Of a stretch of DNA of 64,000 nt, positions 1-11,487 are shown piece by piece. The stretch's first letter is position 1; the number at the start of each line of letters is the position of its first letter. The translations under genes were made by a program, and so were the position numbers. The notes beneath the pieces are model-generated. The model saw nothing but the letters and a program-made list of their open reading frames with translations. It was not told the origin of the DNA and ran no database searches. Source of the stretch: an uncultured Flavobacteriales bacterium (GTDB lineage: Bacteria; Bacteroidota; Bacteroidia; Flavobacteriales_F; PHOS-HE28); assembly GCA_963814325.1 (NCBI GenBank), contig CAWFCK010000016.1, positions 99,190 through 163,189 on the forward strand, given 5' to 3'.

Positions 1-3000
1 ACGCGGGTACGGACGGTGCGGTCACCTTGTGCTCGAACTCGGCCGCCACAGGCCTCTTCGCTTCCCTTACCGGCGCGCAGGCCGGCGGCACATGGACCGC
101 TCCGGGTGGTGGTGCCTTCAGCGGCACGTACGATCCTGCGGTGAACACTGGCGGTGCGTATACCTACTCAGTAGCAGGTACAGCCCCCTGCCCAACGGAC
201 CAGGCGATCGTGACGGTCACGGAGAACGCCGCACCGAACGCGGGTACGGATGGCACGCTCACCCTGTGTTCTACATCTGCGGCCACTGGCCTCTTCGCCT
301 CACTTTCCGGCGCGCAGGCCGGCGGTACGTGGACGGCGCCAGGTGGTGGTGCGTTCAGCGGCACGTATGATCCCGGAGTGAACAACAGCGGTGTGTTCAC
401 CTACACGGTGAATGGCACGGCACCCTGCGCGGCGGACCAGGCCACGGTCACCGTTACGGAGAATACCGCACCGAACGCGGGTACGGACGGTGCGATCACC
501 TTGTGCTCGAACTCGGCCGCCACAGGCCTCTTCGCTTCCCTTACCGGCGCGCAGGCCGGCGGCACATGGACCGCTCCGGGTGGTGGTGCCTTCAGCGGCA
601 CGTACGATCCTGCGGTGAACACTGGCGGTGCGTATACCTACTCAGTAGCAGGTACAGCCCCCTGCCCAACGGACCAGGCGATCGTGACGGTCACGGAGAA
701 CGCCGCACCGAACGCGGGTACGGATGGCACGCTCACCCTGTGTTCTACATCTGCGGCCACGGGCCTCTTCGCCTCACTTTCCGGCGCGCAGGCCGGCGGT
801 ACGTGGACGGCGCCAGGTGGTGGTGCGTTCAGCGGCACGTATGATCCCGGAGTGAACAACAGCGGTGTGTTCACCTACACGGTGAATGGCACGGCACCCT
901 GCGCAGCGGACCAGGCCACGGTCACCGTTACGGAGAATGCCGCGCCGAACGCGGGTACGGACGGTGCGACCACCTTGTGCTCGAACTCGGCCGCCACAGG
1001 CCTCTTCGCTTCCCTTACCGGCGCGCAGGCCGGCGGCACATGGACCGCTCCGGGTGGTGGTGCCTTCAGCGGCACGTACGATCCTGCGGTGAACACTGGC
1101 GGTGCGTATACCTACTCAGTAGCAGGTACAGCCCCCTGCCCAACGGACCAGGCGATCGGTGACGGTCACGGAGAATGCCGCACCGAACGCGGGTACGGAT
1201 GGCACGCTCACCCTGTGTTCTACATCTGCGGCCACGGGGCTCTTCGCCTCACTTACCGGTGCGCAGGCAGGGGGCACATGGACGGCTCCGGGCGGCGGTG
1301 CCTTCAGTGGCACGTATGATCCCGCGGTGAACGCGAGCGGGGTTTACACCTACTCAGTAGCGGGTACAGCACCTTGCCCGTCCGATCAGGCCACGGTGAC
1401 GGTCACGGAAACCAGCAGCCCGAACGCGGGTACGGACGGTGCGATCACCTTGTGCTCGAACTCGGCCGGCACAGGCCTCTTCGCATCGCTGACCGGCGCG
1501 CAGGCCGGCGGCATATGGACGGCGCCCGGAGGCGGTGCCTTCAACGGAACATACGATCCCGCGGTGAACAACAGCGGCATCTACACCTACACGCTGAGCG
1601 CCACGGCACCCTGCGTGAGCGATCAGTCCACGGTGACGGTGACGGAGAACGCAGCACCGAACGCAGGGACGGATGGTTCGATCACGATCTGCGACCTGGG
1701 CGCGCCCACGGGCCTCTTCGCATCGCTCGCGGGTGCGCAGGCCGGTGGTACATGGACGGCTCCGGGCGGCGGTGCCTTCAGCGGCACCTACGATCCGGCA
1801 GTGAACGCGAGCGGGGTTTACACCTACACAGTAGCGGGTACGGCACCTTGCACGGCCGATCAGGCCACGGTGACGGTCACGGAAACCAGCAGCCCGAACG
1901 CGGGTACGGACGGTGCGATCACCTTGTGCTCGAACTCGGCCGGCACAGGCCTCTTCGCATCGCTGACCGGCGCGCAGGCCGGCGGCATATGGACGGCGCC
2001 CGGAGGCGGTGCCTTCAACGGAACATACGATCCCGCGGTGAACAACAGCGGCATCTACACCTACACGCTGAGCGCCACGGCACCCTGCGTGAGCGATCAG
2101 TCCACGGTGACGGTGACGGAGAACGCAGCACCGAACGCAGGGACGGATGGTTCGATCACGATCTGCGACCTGGGCGCGCCCACGGGCCTCTTCGCATCGC
2201 TCGCGGGTGCGCAGGCCGGTGGTACATGGACGGCTCCGGGCGGCGGTGCCTTCAGCGGCACCTACGATCCGGCAGTGAACGCGAGCGGGGTTTACACCTA
2301 CACAGTAGCGGGTACGGCACCCTGCACGGCCGATCAGGCCACGGTGACGGTCACGGAAACCAGCAGCCCGAACGCGGGTACGGACGGTGCGATCACCTTG
2401 TGCTCGAACTCGGCCGGCACAGGCCTCTTCGCATCGCTGACCGGCGCGCAGGCCGGCGGCATATGGACGGCGCCCGGAGGCGGTGCCTTCAACGGAACAT
2501 ACGATCCCGCGGTGAACAACAGCGGCATCTACACCTACACGCTGAGCGCCACGGCACCCTGCGTGAGCGATCAGTCCACGGTGACGGTGACGGAGAACGC
2601 AGCACCGAACGCAGGGACGGATGGTTCGATCACGATCTGCGACCTGGGCGCGCCCACGGGCCTCTTCGCATCGCTCGCGGGTGCGCAGGCCGGTGGTACA
2701 TGGACCGCTCCGGGCGGCGGTGCCTTCAGCGGCACCTACGATCCGGCAGTGAACGCGAGCGGGGTTTACACCTACACAGTAGCGGGTACGGCACCCTGCA
2801 CGGCCGATCAGGCCACAGTGACGGTCACGGAAACCAGCAGCCCCAACGCGGGTACGGACGGTGCGATCACCTTGTGCTCGAACTCGGCCGGCACAGGCCT
2901 CTTCGCATCGCTGACCGGCGCGCAGGCCGGCGGCATATGGACGGCGCCCGGAGGCGGTGCCTTCAACGGAACGTACGATCCCGCGGTGAACAACAGCGGC

Positions 3001-3800
3001 ATCTACACCTACACGCTGAGCGCCACGGCACCCTGCGTGAGCGATCAGTCCACGGTGACGGTGACGGAAAATGCAGCACCGAACGCAGGGACGGATGGTT
3101 CGATCACGATCTGCGACCTGGGCGCGCCCACGGGCCTCTTCGCGTCGCTCGCTGGTGCGCAGGCCGGTGGTACATGGACCGCTCCGGGCGGCGGTGCCTT
3201 CAGCGGCACCTACGATCCGGCAGTGAACGCGAGCGGGGTTTACACCTACACAGTAGCGGGTACGGCACCTTGCACGTCCGATCAGGCCACGGTGACGGTC
3301 ACGGAAACCAGCAGCCCGAACGCGGGTACGGACGGTGCGATCACCTTGTGCTCGAACTCGGCCGGCACAGGCCTCTTCGCATCGCTTACCGGCGCGCAGG
3401 CCGGTGGCATATGGACGGCGCCCGGAGGCGGTGCCTTCAACGGAACATACGATCCCGCGGTGAACAACAGCGGCATCTACACCTACACGCTGAGCGCCAC
3501 GGCACCCTGCGTGAGCGATCAGTCCACGGTGACGGTGACGGAGAACGCAGCACCGAACGCAGGGACGGATGGTTCGATCACGATCTGCGACCTGGGCGCG
3601 CCCACGGGCCTCTTCGCATCGCTCGCGGGTGCGCAGGCCGGTGGTACATGGACGGCTCCGGGCGGCGGTGCCTTCAGCGGCACCTACGATCCGGCAGTGA
3701 ACGCGAGCGGGGTTTACACCTACACAGTAGCGGGTACGGCACCCTGCACGGCCGATCAGGCCACAGTGACGGTCACGGAAACCAGCAGCCCGAACGCGGG
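1..3800 (+). repeat. Near-identical 474-bp tandem repeats (two alternating 237-bp subunits) inside the adhesin CDS: about 2.5 copies of family 1 (1-1158) and about 5 copies of family 2 (about 1330-3800). Repeats degenerate gradually from about 3800 to 5250
   Basis: Identical 64-aa antisense ORFs recur at 1386, 1860, 2334, 2808 and 3282, exactly 474 bp apart. Sense ORFs 29-370 and 503-844 differ by a single residue. The DNA is directly visible as repeated blocks. Confidence 0.85.
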
Positions 3801-6010
3801 TACGGACGGTGCGATCACGCTGTGTTCGAATTCGGTACCGACATCCCTTTTCGCGCAACTTGGCGGAGGCGCGCAAGCGGGAGGTACGTGGACCGCTCCG
3901 GACGGTAGTGCGCATGGCGGCACACTGGATCCAGCGGTGGATGCCCCGGGCAGCTACCAATACACCCTTGCCGCAGCAGCGCCTTGCCTTTCGTCCTCAG
4001 CCTTGGTGATGGTCACCATTGAAACATCACCGGACCCGGGCACCAACAGCAGCGTGGCATTGTGTACAGGGGATGCGCCGCTTGACCTGTTCACGGCCTT
4101 GGGTGGAACACCTGTTGCAGGCGGCACATGGAACGCACCTGGTGGCGGTGCATTCAGCGGGTTGTTCGATCCTTCAGTGGATGCACCGGGCGTATACTCA
4201 TACACCATCAGCACGGCGATATGTGCAGCCCAGCAAAGCAGTGTTCTGGTGACCGTTCCGACGGGCCCGGATGCAGGGCAGGGTGCGGACATAGCCTTGT
4301 GCAATAGTGGCGCTTCCGTTGCATTGTTGTCCGTCCTTCTCGGATCGCCCGATCCGGGCGGCACATGGTCGGCTCCGGGTGGTGGCGCATTCAATGGAAC
4401 GTTGAACCCGGCCGCGGATCCGGCAGGAGCCTACACCTACACCGTTGATGGCAACGCGACCTGTCCGGATGCCGCATCCGTTGTCAACGTCAGCATCAAT
4501 GCTGCGGTGACAGCTGGTGGTCCAGGAGCTGTGACATTGTGCACGACCAGTGCACCGCAGGCCTTGTTCCCCAGTCTGGGTGGATCGCCCCAGGCCGGTG
4601 GCGCATGGAGCGCTCCTGATGGTTCGCCGTTCAGCGGAACGATCGATCCGGCATCGGACCCACAAGGGCTGTACACCTACACTGTGCAAGGCCCCGTTCC
4701 ATGCCCTGACGCCAGCGCAACGGTGAACGTGCTCCTGAACCCTGCGGCGGACGCAGGAGAGAATGCCAGCGATATCGTGTGCAGTGACCATGCACCCATC
4801 AACTTGATCACCGTGTTGGGGGGCACCCCGCAGCCGGGCGGCTCATGGACCGGCCCCGATGAACTTCCTTCATCGGGCACGTTCACCCCGGGCGTCTCGT
4901 TGGTCGGCACATACACCTATGAAGTTGTAGGCCAGGGACCCTGTGCCTCTGACATGTCCACCGTGGCCATGTCCGTATCACAAGCGGCCGATGCCGGTGA
5001 TGATGGCGCGATCACCCTCTGTGCGGATGCCGCCCCATTCGTCCTCTTGCCCTTGTTGGAAGGCACGCCCGACGCTGGTGGCGCTTGGAGTTTCCCTGAT
5101 GGCTCGCCATGTGACGGCACTGTTGACCCGGCCACCGACCCTTCGGGGGCATACACCTACACCGTGGCGGCACCGGCCCCTTGCCTTTTCGATGAAGCCA
5201 TGGTCATCGTCACCATAAATCCCGCGCCGCAACCGGAGGATCCTGGTTGAAACGGATGGTGGTTGCTCGCCAGTGACGGCCATTTTCACCAATGGTTATG
5301 AAGGCCCCGGAACATGCTACTGGACATTCGGTAACGACAGTACATCCACGGAATGTGCGCCACCTCCGATCATCTATGACCAGACGGGATCGTATACGGT
5401 GACGCTGACCATGAATGCCGGGAACGGTTGCTTGGCTGAGGTTACGCTTGCTGCTGCCGTGGATGTGGTCGAGCGGCCAGAGGCGATGTTCGTCGTGCTT
5501 CCTGAAAGCCTGAACACGGGTGCGCCGGAGGCCTATTTCCAGAACGGCAGTTCCGGAGCGGTGAGCTATCTCTGGCAGTTCGCGGATCTGGGCGAGAGCG
5601 AAGAGGCGCAGCCCACCTTCACCTTCCCCTCCGAGGTGGAAGGCTACTACCCCGTGTGCCTCACGGCGTTTGCCAATGAGGCATGCTTTGACACGATGTG
5701 CGCCGATGTGTTCGTTCCAGCGGGTGCCGCATTGTTCGTTCCCAATGCCTTCAGCCCCGATGGTGATGGCATCAACGACACCTTCAGACCCATCGTTTCC
5801 GGCTTCGCAACGGACGAGTACGAGTTACTGATCTTCGATCGCTATGGACAGCAGCTTTTCCAAAGTACTGTGGTGGGTGAATCCTGGAACGGTGAGTTCG
5901 GTGATGGAACGAGGACTCCCGTAGGTGTGTACATCTGGAAGATCACCGGGCGCGACCGGTACAGCAGCGATCGCGTGGACCGCACCGGTCACGTGACCCT
6001 GGTCCGCTGA
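1..6010 (+). CDS. Giant tandem-repeat cell-surface protein with T9SS type-B (gliding-motility-associated) C-terminal domain. Partial at 5' end. Split over three frames (1-1158, 1159-5250, about 5251-6010)
   Basis: Repeats of about 79 aa (CSNSAATGLFASLTGAQAGGTWTAPGGGAFSGTYDP...YTYSV.GTAPC..DQA.VTVTE) run continuously from the window start. The last piece (ORF 5273-6010) has a PKD-like segment and the motif FVPNAFSPDGDGINDTF...IFDRYGQQLF...W.G typical of the type-B sorting domain. An extra G at about 1158 (gatcgGtgacgg, versus gatcgtgacgg in other copies) shifts the frame. A second frame change lies just before the TGA at 5248-5250. I treat the three pieces as one gene. Confidence 0.7.
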
Positions 6011-6092
6011 ACCTAGTGCCGTTGTCGAAGGAAGGGACCGGTCGGATGGGCTGTGCTCGTCGGTCTATCTTCGCGCCACGTTCGAACCCTGC

Positions 6093-6825
6093 GTGCCCTC
6101 CCGACTCGTCATCATTCCCACGTACAATGAGCAGGAGAACATCCGCGAGATCCTCGCGCGTGTCTTCCAGCTTCAGCCCGAATTCCATGTCCTGGTGGTG
6201 GACGATGGATCGCCGGATGGCACGGCTGATACCGTGAAGGCATTGCAGCCTATCCACGCTGGGCGATTGCATCTGTTGCAGCGTGCAGGAAAACAAGGTC
6301 TTGGCACCGCCTACATCGCTGGTTTCCACTGGGCCTTGGAGCGTGACTACGCGTACATCTTTGAGATGGACGCCGATTTCAGTCATGATCCCAACGATCT
6401 TCGTCCGCTTGTTCGACGCGTGTGATCGCCAGGGCGCGGACATGAGCGTAGGGTCGCGCTATGTGAAAGGAGGGCATGTGCGCGATTGGTCCTGGGACCG
6501 CATCCTGCTGAGCTACTGCGCATCGTTATACGTGCGGATGATCCTTTGGCTCGGCGTGCGCGACACCACTGCAGGATTTGTCTGCTACAAGGCGAACGTG
6601 CTGCGGGTGATCGAACTGGACAAGATCCGGTTCATCGGGTATGCGTTCCAGATCGAAATGAAATACCGCGCCGTGCTGGCGGGATTCCGCATCGCCGAGG
6701 TGCCCATTACCTTCATCGATCGGATGAAGGGAACGAGCAAGATGAGCGCCAACATCTTCAGTGAAGCCGTGCTGGGCGTGCTGAAGATGCGCTTCAATGT
6801 GAAACAACGAAAGGCAATACCTTGA
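6093..6825 (+). CDS. GT2 glycosyltransferase, polyprenol/dolichol-phosphate mannosyltransferase-like (Dpm1 family). One frameshift near 6410-6425
   Basis: LVIIPTYNEQENI...VVDDGSPDGT...LLQRAGKQGLGTAYIAGF...EMDADFSHDP, then in the next frame ...DMSVGSRYVKGG...TAGFVCYK...YAFQIEMKY. Two overlapping ORFs (6093-6425 and 6283-6825) together form one protein of about 240 aa. Confidence 0.7.
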
Positions 6826-6828
6826 CGC

Positions 6829-7392
6829 ATGGAGCGCTGGACCGTTCGTAACACCCGGGTGGCGAACGAAGGCCGCACGTTCGAGGCCGATGTGATGATC
6901 GGTGATGGCGTCATCGAGCGGATCGCGGCCGAAGGGATAGGGGATGCCCGCAGAGCCAATGAAGTGGATGTGAAGGGGTGCTTGCTGATCCCAGGTGCCA
7001 TCGACGAGAAGGCCCAGCTCTACCGCAAGTGCCCAAGTGGTGGACCGTTGGTGCAACATGCCCTGCCTGCCATGCTCGAGCTCGTGCACCAAGGCGTGTT
7101 CACGGTGGAACAGGTCGTGGAGAAGATGTGCCATGCCCCTGCCCGCATGTTCCAGGTCTCCCGACGGGGTTTCGTCCGCGAAGGCCATTTCGCCGACCTC
7201 GTGCTGGTGGATATGGATTCGCCGTGGACCGTGATGCCGGACAATATTCTTTATAAGTGCCGCTGGTCGCCGTTCGAGGGTCAGCGCTTCCGCTCCCGCG
7301 TGCTACGTACTTGGGTGAATGGGCGTCAGGTCTACCACAACGGCATCGTGGACCGGTCAGCACGCGGCAAGCGACTCTCCTTTGACCGATGA
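6829..7392 (+). CDS. Dihydroorotase-like amidohydrolase. Only 187 aa, apparently lacking the central catalytic core through an in-frame deletion
   Basis: The N-terminus (GDGVIERIA...DVKGCLLIPGAID) is joined directly to a typical DHOase C-terminal segment (EKAQLYRKCPSGGPLVQHALPAMLELVHQG.FTVEQVVEKMCHAPARMFQV...GHFADLVLVD...WSPFEGQ.F...V.TWVNG). Normal proteins of this family are about 420 aa. Confidence 0.6.
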   Translation: MERWTVRNTRVANEGRTFEADVMIGDGVIERIAAEGIGDARRANEVDVKGCLLIPGAIDEKAQLYRKCPSGGPLVQHALPAMLELVHQGVFTVEQVVEKMCHAPARMFQVSRRGFVREGHFADLVLVDMDSPWTVMPDNILYKCRWSPFEGQRFRSRVLRTWVNGRQVYHNGIVDRSARGKRLSFDR

Positions 7393-7727
7393 GACACGTC
7401 GCCCTGTTCGCGTTCCTTCTGTTCGCCGCTGCCTGCGGGAACGAGGACGAGCGCCCGGCGGATCTTCTGGACCGTGATCGGTTCAAGGGCCTGCTCGTGG
7501 AAGCACAGCTGATCGAAGCACGCGTGAACCGCGAAATGACGGTGGACAAGCGCCAGGATATACCGGTGAAGCAGTATTACGCCGAGTTGTTCAAGCAGAA
7601 GGACGTTTCAGCAGAGGCCTTCCACCGCACCTTCCAATGGTACGCCGAGCATCCCGAGGAATTGAAAGCGGTGTATTCCGACGTGCTGACCGAACTGCAG
7701 CTGCGCAGCGACACGATCCCTTACTGA
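7389..7727 (+). CDS. DUF4296-type small lipoprotein
   Basis: Lipoprotein signal MRHVALFAFLLFAAAC. A small protein conserved immediately after the DHOase-like gene in Bacteroidota. Confidence 0.5.
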   Translation: MRHVALFAFLLFAAACGNEDERPADLLDRDRFKGLLVEAQLIEARVNREMTVDKRQDIPVKQYYAELFKQKDVSAEAFHRTFQWYAEHPEELKAVYSDVLTELQLRSDTIPY

Positions 7728-8720
7728 GCCCGGAGGAAGTCCTCCACGATGCGTACCGAAGCGGCGGCATCATGGAAAGCGAGACCCATCGATCGCGCTT
7801 TCGAACCATCATATAGCCGCGGTCGATAGGCCGTTCGCGCGGTATGGCGGGTGATGAGGGGGCGCCCGCCGAAAAGTGTGCGGATCCGTTCCAAGCGCCA
7901 GCCCAGTTCGAGCATCCACGGGCGAAGCCGCCAAACGGGTGCCGCGTTGCCTGCAGCTTGCGCTATCGTGCTGAAGAGCTTCTCGTAGCTGAGGTTCTCG
8001 CCGATCAACAGGTGCCGTTCGCCGCAGGCGCCGCGCTCGATCAGGTGCACCATCGCGGTGGCCACATCACGTGCATCCACCACAGCATTGCTGCCGGGAG
8101 GAAAGAAGCGCGAGCCTTTCCGTACGCGCTCTATCATCGTCATGCTGCTGCGGCCCTTGGCGCCCGGTCCCAGCACGATGCACGGGTTCACCAGCACCGC
8201 GAACAGGCCCTCCGCAATGCCGCGTTGCACCTCCATTTCCGCCTCGTGCTTGCTTACGGCATAAGGCGATGAGTGCTTGTCGCTCACGAATTGCACCGTT
8301 TCATCATTGGCAGCGCCGTTCGGGAGGAAGCCGATCGTAGCGGTGCTGCTCACGTGGCACAGCCTCGGCACACCGGCCTCGAGCATCGCGTTCACCACGT
8401 TGGCGGTGCCGGTGATGTTATGCTTGAACATGGCATCGGCATCGCGGGGGTCGAAGGACACGATGGCGGCGCAGTGGAAGACGCGTTGCACACCGGTCAT
8501 GGCATCCACCAGGCTCGACATGTCCAACAGATCGACCTTCTGCCCATTCGATCCGGGCGAAGCGCGTATCGCCATCGGCGTGGTAGTGCTTCAGGACCCT
8601 GCGAACGAGGTCGCGGTCGCTGCCAGCGCGCACCAACGCCCGCACCGGACGGCCTTGTGCGAGCAGCTCGTTCAGCACGTGCACACCGACAATACCCGTT
8701 CCGCCGGTCACCAGATCCAT
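7721..8720 (-). CDS. NAD-dependent epimerase/dehydratase family protein. Frameshift near 8540-8575
   Basis: N-terminal Rossmann motif LVTGGTGIVGVHVLNELL (ORF 8418-8720), continuing in ORF 7721-8575 with the features of the extended SDR/epimerase family. Confidence 0.7.
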
Positions 8721-8880
8721 TCATCGGTCGCCATGACTTAGGCCGCGGCGACACAGCGAAGATGCGGTGAAGATGGACGTGACGGTTGTTTTCCCCTTCC
8801 AGCTGTGCAAGGAGAGATAGGGGTGGTTTCCGCGCCGCGCTGCCCGCACTCCCGATATCTTCGCCGCCGTCAAGACCACC

Positions 8881-10161
8881 ATGAGCACCCTTCGTAACCA
8901 CGTTGAAGAGTTGCGCTGGCGCGGGCTGTTGCACGACAGCATGCCCGGCACCGAGGAATACCTGATGAAGGGCCCGGCCAGTGGCTACATCGGCTTCGAC
9001 CCCACGGCGGACAGCCTGCACGTGGGTAACATGGTGCAGATCATGATGCTCACGCACTTCCAGCAGAGCGGGCACAAACCCATCGCGCTGGTAGGTGGCG
9101 CTACGGGCATGGTGGGCGATCCCAGCGGCAAGAGCAGCGAACGCAACCTGCTCGATGAGGAGGCGCTGCGCCACAACCAGGACTGCGTGGGCAAACAGCT
9201 CGCGCGCTTTATCGACTTCGACTCGAAGACGCGTCCAGCGGAAATGGTGAACAACTATGACTGGTTCAAGGACATGGGCTTCCTGCGCTTCATCCGTGAA
9301 GTGGGCAAGCACATTCCCGTGGGCTACATGCTGGCCAAGGACAGCGTGAAGAATCGCATGGAGACGGGCATCAGTTTCACGGAGTTCACCTACCAGCTGG
9401 TGCAGGGGTATGACTACTACTGGCTGTACAAGCACAAAGGCTGCAAGCTGCAGATGGGCGGCAGCGACCAGTGGGGCAACATCACCACCGGCACCGAGCT
9501 GATCCGCCGCATGGACGGCGGCGAGGCCTATGCGCTCACCACGCCGCTGCTCACCAAAGCTGATGGAAGCAAGTTCGGAAAGAGCGAAGGCGGCAACATC
9601 TGGTTGGATGCGAAGCGCACATCACCCTACAAGTTCTATCAGTTCTGGGTGAACGCGAGCGATGCGGATGTGGAACGCTACACGCACATCTTCACCACGT
9701 GGGACAAGGCTGAGATCGAAGCCCATGTGGCGGAGCATCGCGCAAAACCCGGCACGTTGCAAAAGCTCTTCGCTGCCGACATCACGCGTCGTACCCACGG
9801 TGACACGGAACTGGCCAATGCCATCGAGGCGAGCAACGTGCTCTTCGGTAATGCCACAACCGAGGCGCTCGCGCGGTTGAGCGCCGATCAGTTGCTCGAC
9901 ATCTTCGACGGTGTGCCGCAGGCTGAAGTATCGCGCGATACCATCACCGGGAACCTTCCCATCATCGACCTGCTGAGCGACCGGTCGGGCTTCCTGCCCA
10001 GCAAGGGCGAAGCAAAGCGCGCGCTGAAGGAAGGCAGCATCAGCGTGAACAAGAGCAAGTGCGCCGAGGACCGTGCAGTGGGCACTGACGATCTGCTCAG
10101 CGGCAGGTTCATCCTGCTGCAGCGCGGCAAGAAGAACTACTTCCTGGTGAAGGTGGTCTAG
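8881..10161 (+). CDS. tyrS: Tyrosine--tRNA ligase
   Basis: 426-aa ORF with class I aaRS features: [13 protein letters not shown] (HIGH-like), [13 protein letters not shown] (KMSKS-like) and a C-terminal S4-like domain. Confidence 0.9.
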   Translation: MSTLRNHVEELRWRGLLHDSMPGTEEYLMKGPASGYIGFDPTADSLHVGNMVQIMMLTHFQQSGHKPIALVGGATGMVGDPSGKSSERNLLDEEALRHNQDCVGKQLARFIDFDSKTRPAEMVNNYDWFKDMGFLRFIREVGKHIPVGYMLAKDSVKNRMETGISFTEFTYQLVQGYDYYWLYKHKGCKLQMGGSDQWGNITTGTELIRRMDGGEAYALTTPLLTKADGSKFGKSEGGNIWLDAKRTSPYKFYQFWVNASDADVERYTHIFTTWDKAEIEAHVAEHRAKPGTLQKLFAADITRRTHGDTELANAIEASNVLFGNATTEALARLSADQLLDIFDGVPQAEVSRDTITGNLPIIDLLSDRSGFLPSKGEAKRALKEGSISVNKSKCAEDRAVGTDDLLSGRFILLQRGKKNYFLVKVV

Positions 10162-10173
10162 TCGTTTTCGCGA

Positions 10174-10196
10174 GGCGTTGTGCACTAAACAACGCC
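10174..10196 (+). terminator. Candidate stem-loop terminator after tyrS (GGCGTTGT-gcactaa-ACAACGCC)
   Basis: 8-bp perfect stem 13 nt after the tyrS stop. The U-tract is weak, as is common in Bacteroidota. Confidence 0.35.
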
Positions 10197-10273
10197 GAAG
10201 CGATCTTTGATCATCCGCACCTCATTGAGGCTCACTTCGTAGCCAGACGGGCCGCTCGCGAGCACGGTTCGGT

Positions 10274-10340
10274 CACTCCACCATTCGATTACACCCCCGT
10301 ACATCGCTGTTGCCGAAACGCCGGAGCGCCTCTACCGATC
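10274..10340 (-). pseudogene. Remnant of the 3' end of a luxE-like acyl-protein synthetase gene (encodes ...ALRRFGNSDVRGCNRMVE-stop)
   Basis: The minus-strand translation matches the true C-terminus of the intact luxE-like gene at 11488 (FDNSDLRGCNLMVG-stop). At DNA level a 46-bp segment is about 85% identical (10283-10330 versus 11497-11545). Confidence 0.45.
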
Positions 10341-11406
10341 GTTGTAGACCACAAGTGGCGCACTGCCGATCAGTATCGGACCGCTGCTCGTATCCGGCTT
10401 GGCGAAGATCTCCATCTTGTATGAACCGGGCGACAGGTCATAGGCTTGGAATCCATTCGTGGTGTAATCTCCCAGTGGGAAGTAGAAATATGGGCCGAGG
10501 AGCGCTTTGCGGGTCCTGAAACCGTTCCCCGGAGATGGTCTGATCAGGGCGAGCATGGGTCGATCTACCGACCGCCCGACCATCAGCGTGCGTGATGGTC
10601 ATCTCAAGATCAATGGGTCTGAGACGAGGCCCTGGACATTCCTTGAGCGGTAGTTTGACCGCAACGTATGCGGGAAACGAGGACTGGCCTGGTCGCATCA
10701 ACTGGACATCGAGCGCGCGCTCTGTGGACCGCATCCGCACTTTGGAACTGTCCAGGCGCGTATAGCGGATCGGCACTGCCCAGATCTCGCAGGCGAGCTG
10801 CCAATTGTGCCGCTTGGCTTTCCATGCATAGTTGGTGTCGAAGCTGCCAGGTCGCCTATCGATGTACGTGTTCAAATACTCGAAGGAGCGTTCAACCCCT
10901 CCCTCCGTTCTGCAAACCTGCACGAAGCAAGAGAACAGGCAGCCGTCAAAGTCGATATCGTAGTCGAGCCACAGCGCGAGAGAGCCATCTCGTCGGTACT
11001 GTTTGTACGTGAGGATGTACCCATTGGCGAAGACATATTCCTGCATCAGGTTCCCGCTACGGTAGAGGAACTGGAATGCACCTGTAAGCATATGGCCGCT
11101 GCCACGTCGGAATGACGTATCGGTCGTGATGATCCTGTTCTCCGGCAGTTCCAAACGGCCCATGGGATAGTGTCCGGTGCGATTCGCCCGCCAACCCATC
11201 GTATGGATCCTACCATAGGCCTTGCCTTTGTGCTTCGTGTCATGTAGGTCTCGCCTCACGAGCATGGTGTCCGAGAATACCTTGAAGTACACGCGGTCGT
11301 TGCACGGCACCTTCGGACCGGTGGTCCACTGAGCTGTGCAGACGATCGGGCCAGCTACCAACCAGAATGAAACAACCAACGATCTGAGGTTACCGATGGG
11401 ATTCAT
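10332..11406 (-). CDS. Hypothetical secreted protein (orphan). Frameshift near 10560-10600
   Basis: Signal peptide MNPIGNLRSLVVSFWLVAGPIVCTAQ. I recognise no conserved domain. ORFs 10438-11406 and 10332-10583 overlap in different frames. Confidence 0.5.
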
Positions 11407-11487
11407 GTTTGCACATAGGATGAAGGCGGCTTGCTCATGTGAAGGTAGTCTGCATCACCTGCCCGATGTGCACAGCTCAGGAGCGTT

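Noticed and set aside
1354-3960. Very long alternative-frame and antisense ORFs across the adhesin repeats (868 aa on the minus strand, 844 aa on the plus strand, and recurring 64-79-aa antisense ORFs)
   Set aside because: These are a by-product of GC-rich, stop-poor tandem repeats. The sense frame encodes the coherent Ig-like module and ends in a T9SS domain. The alternative frames are low-complexity Arg/Gly/His strings.
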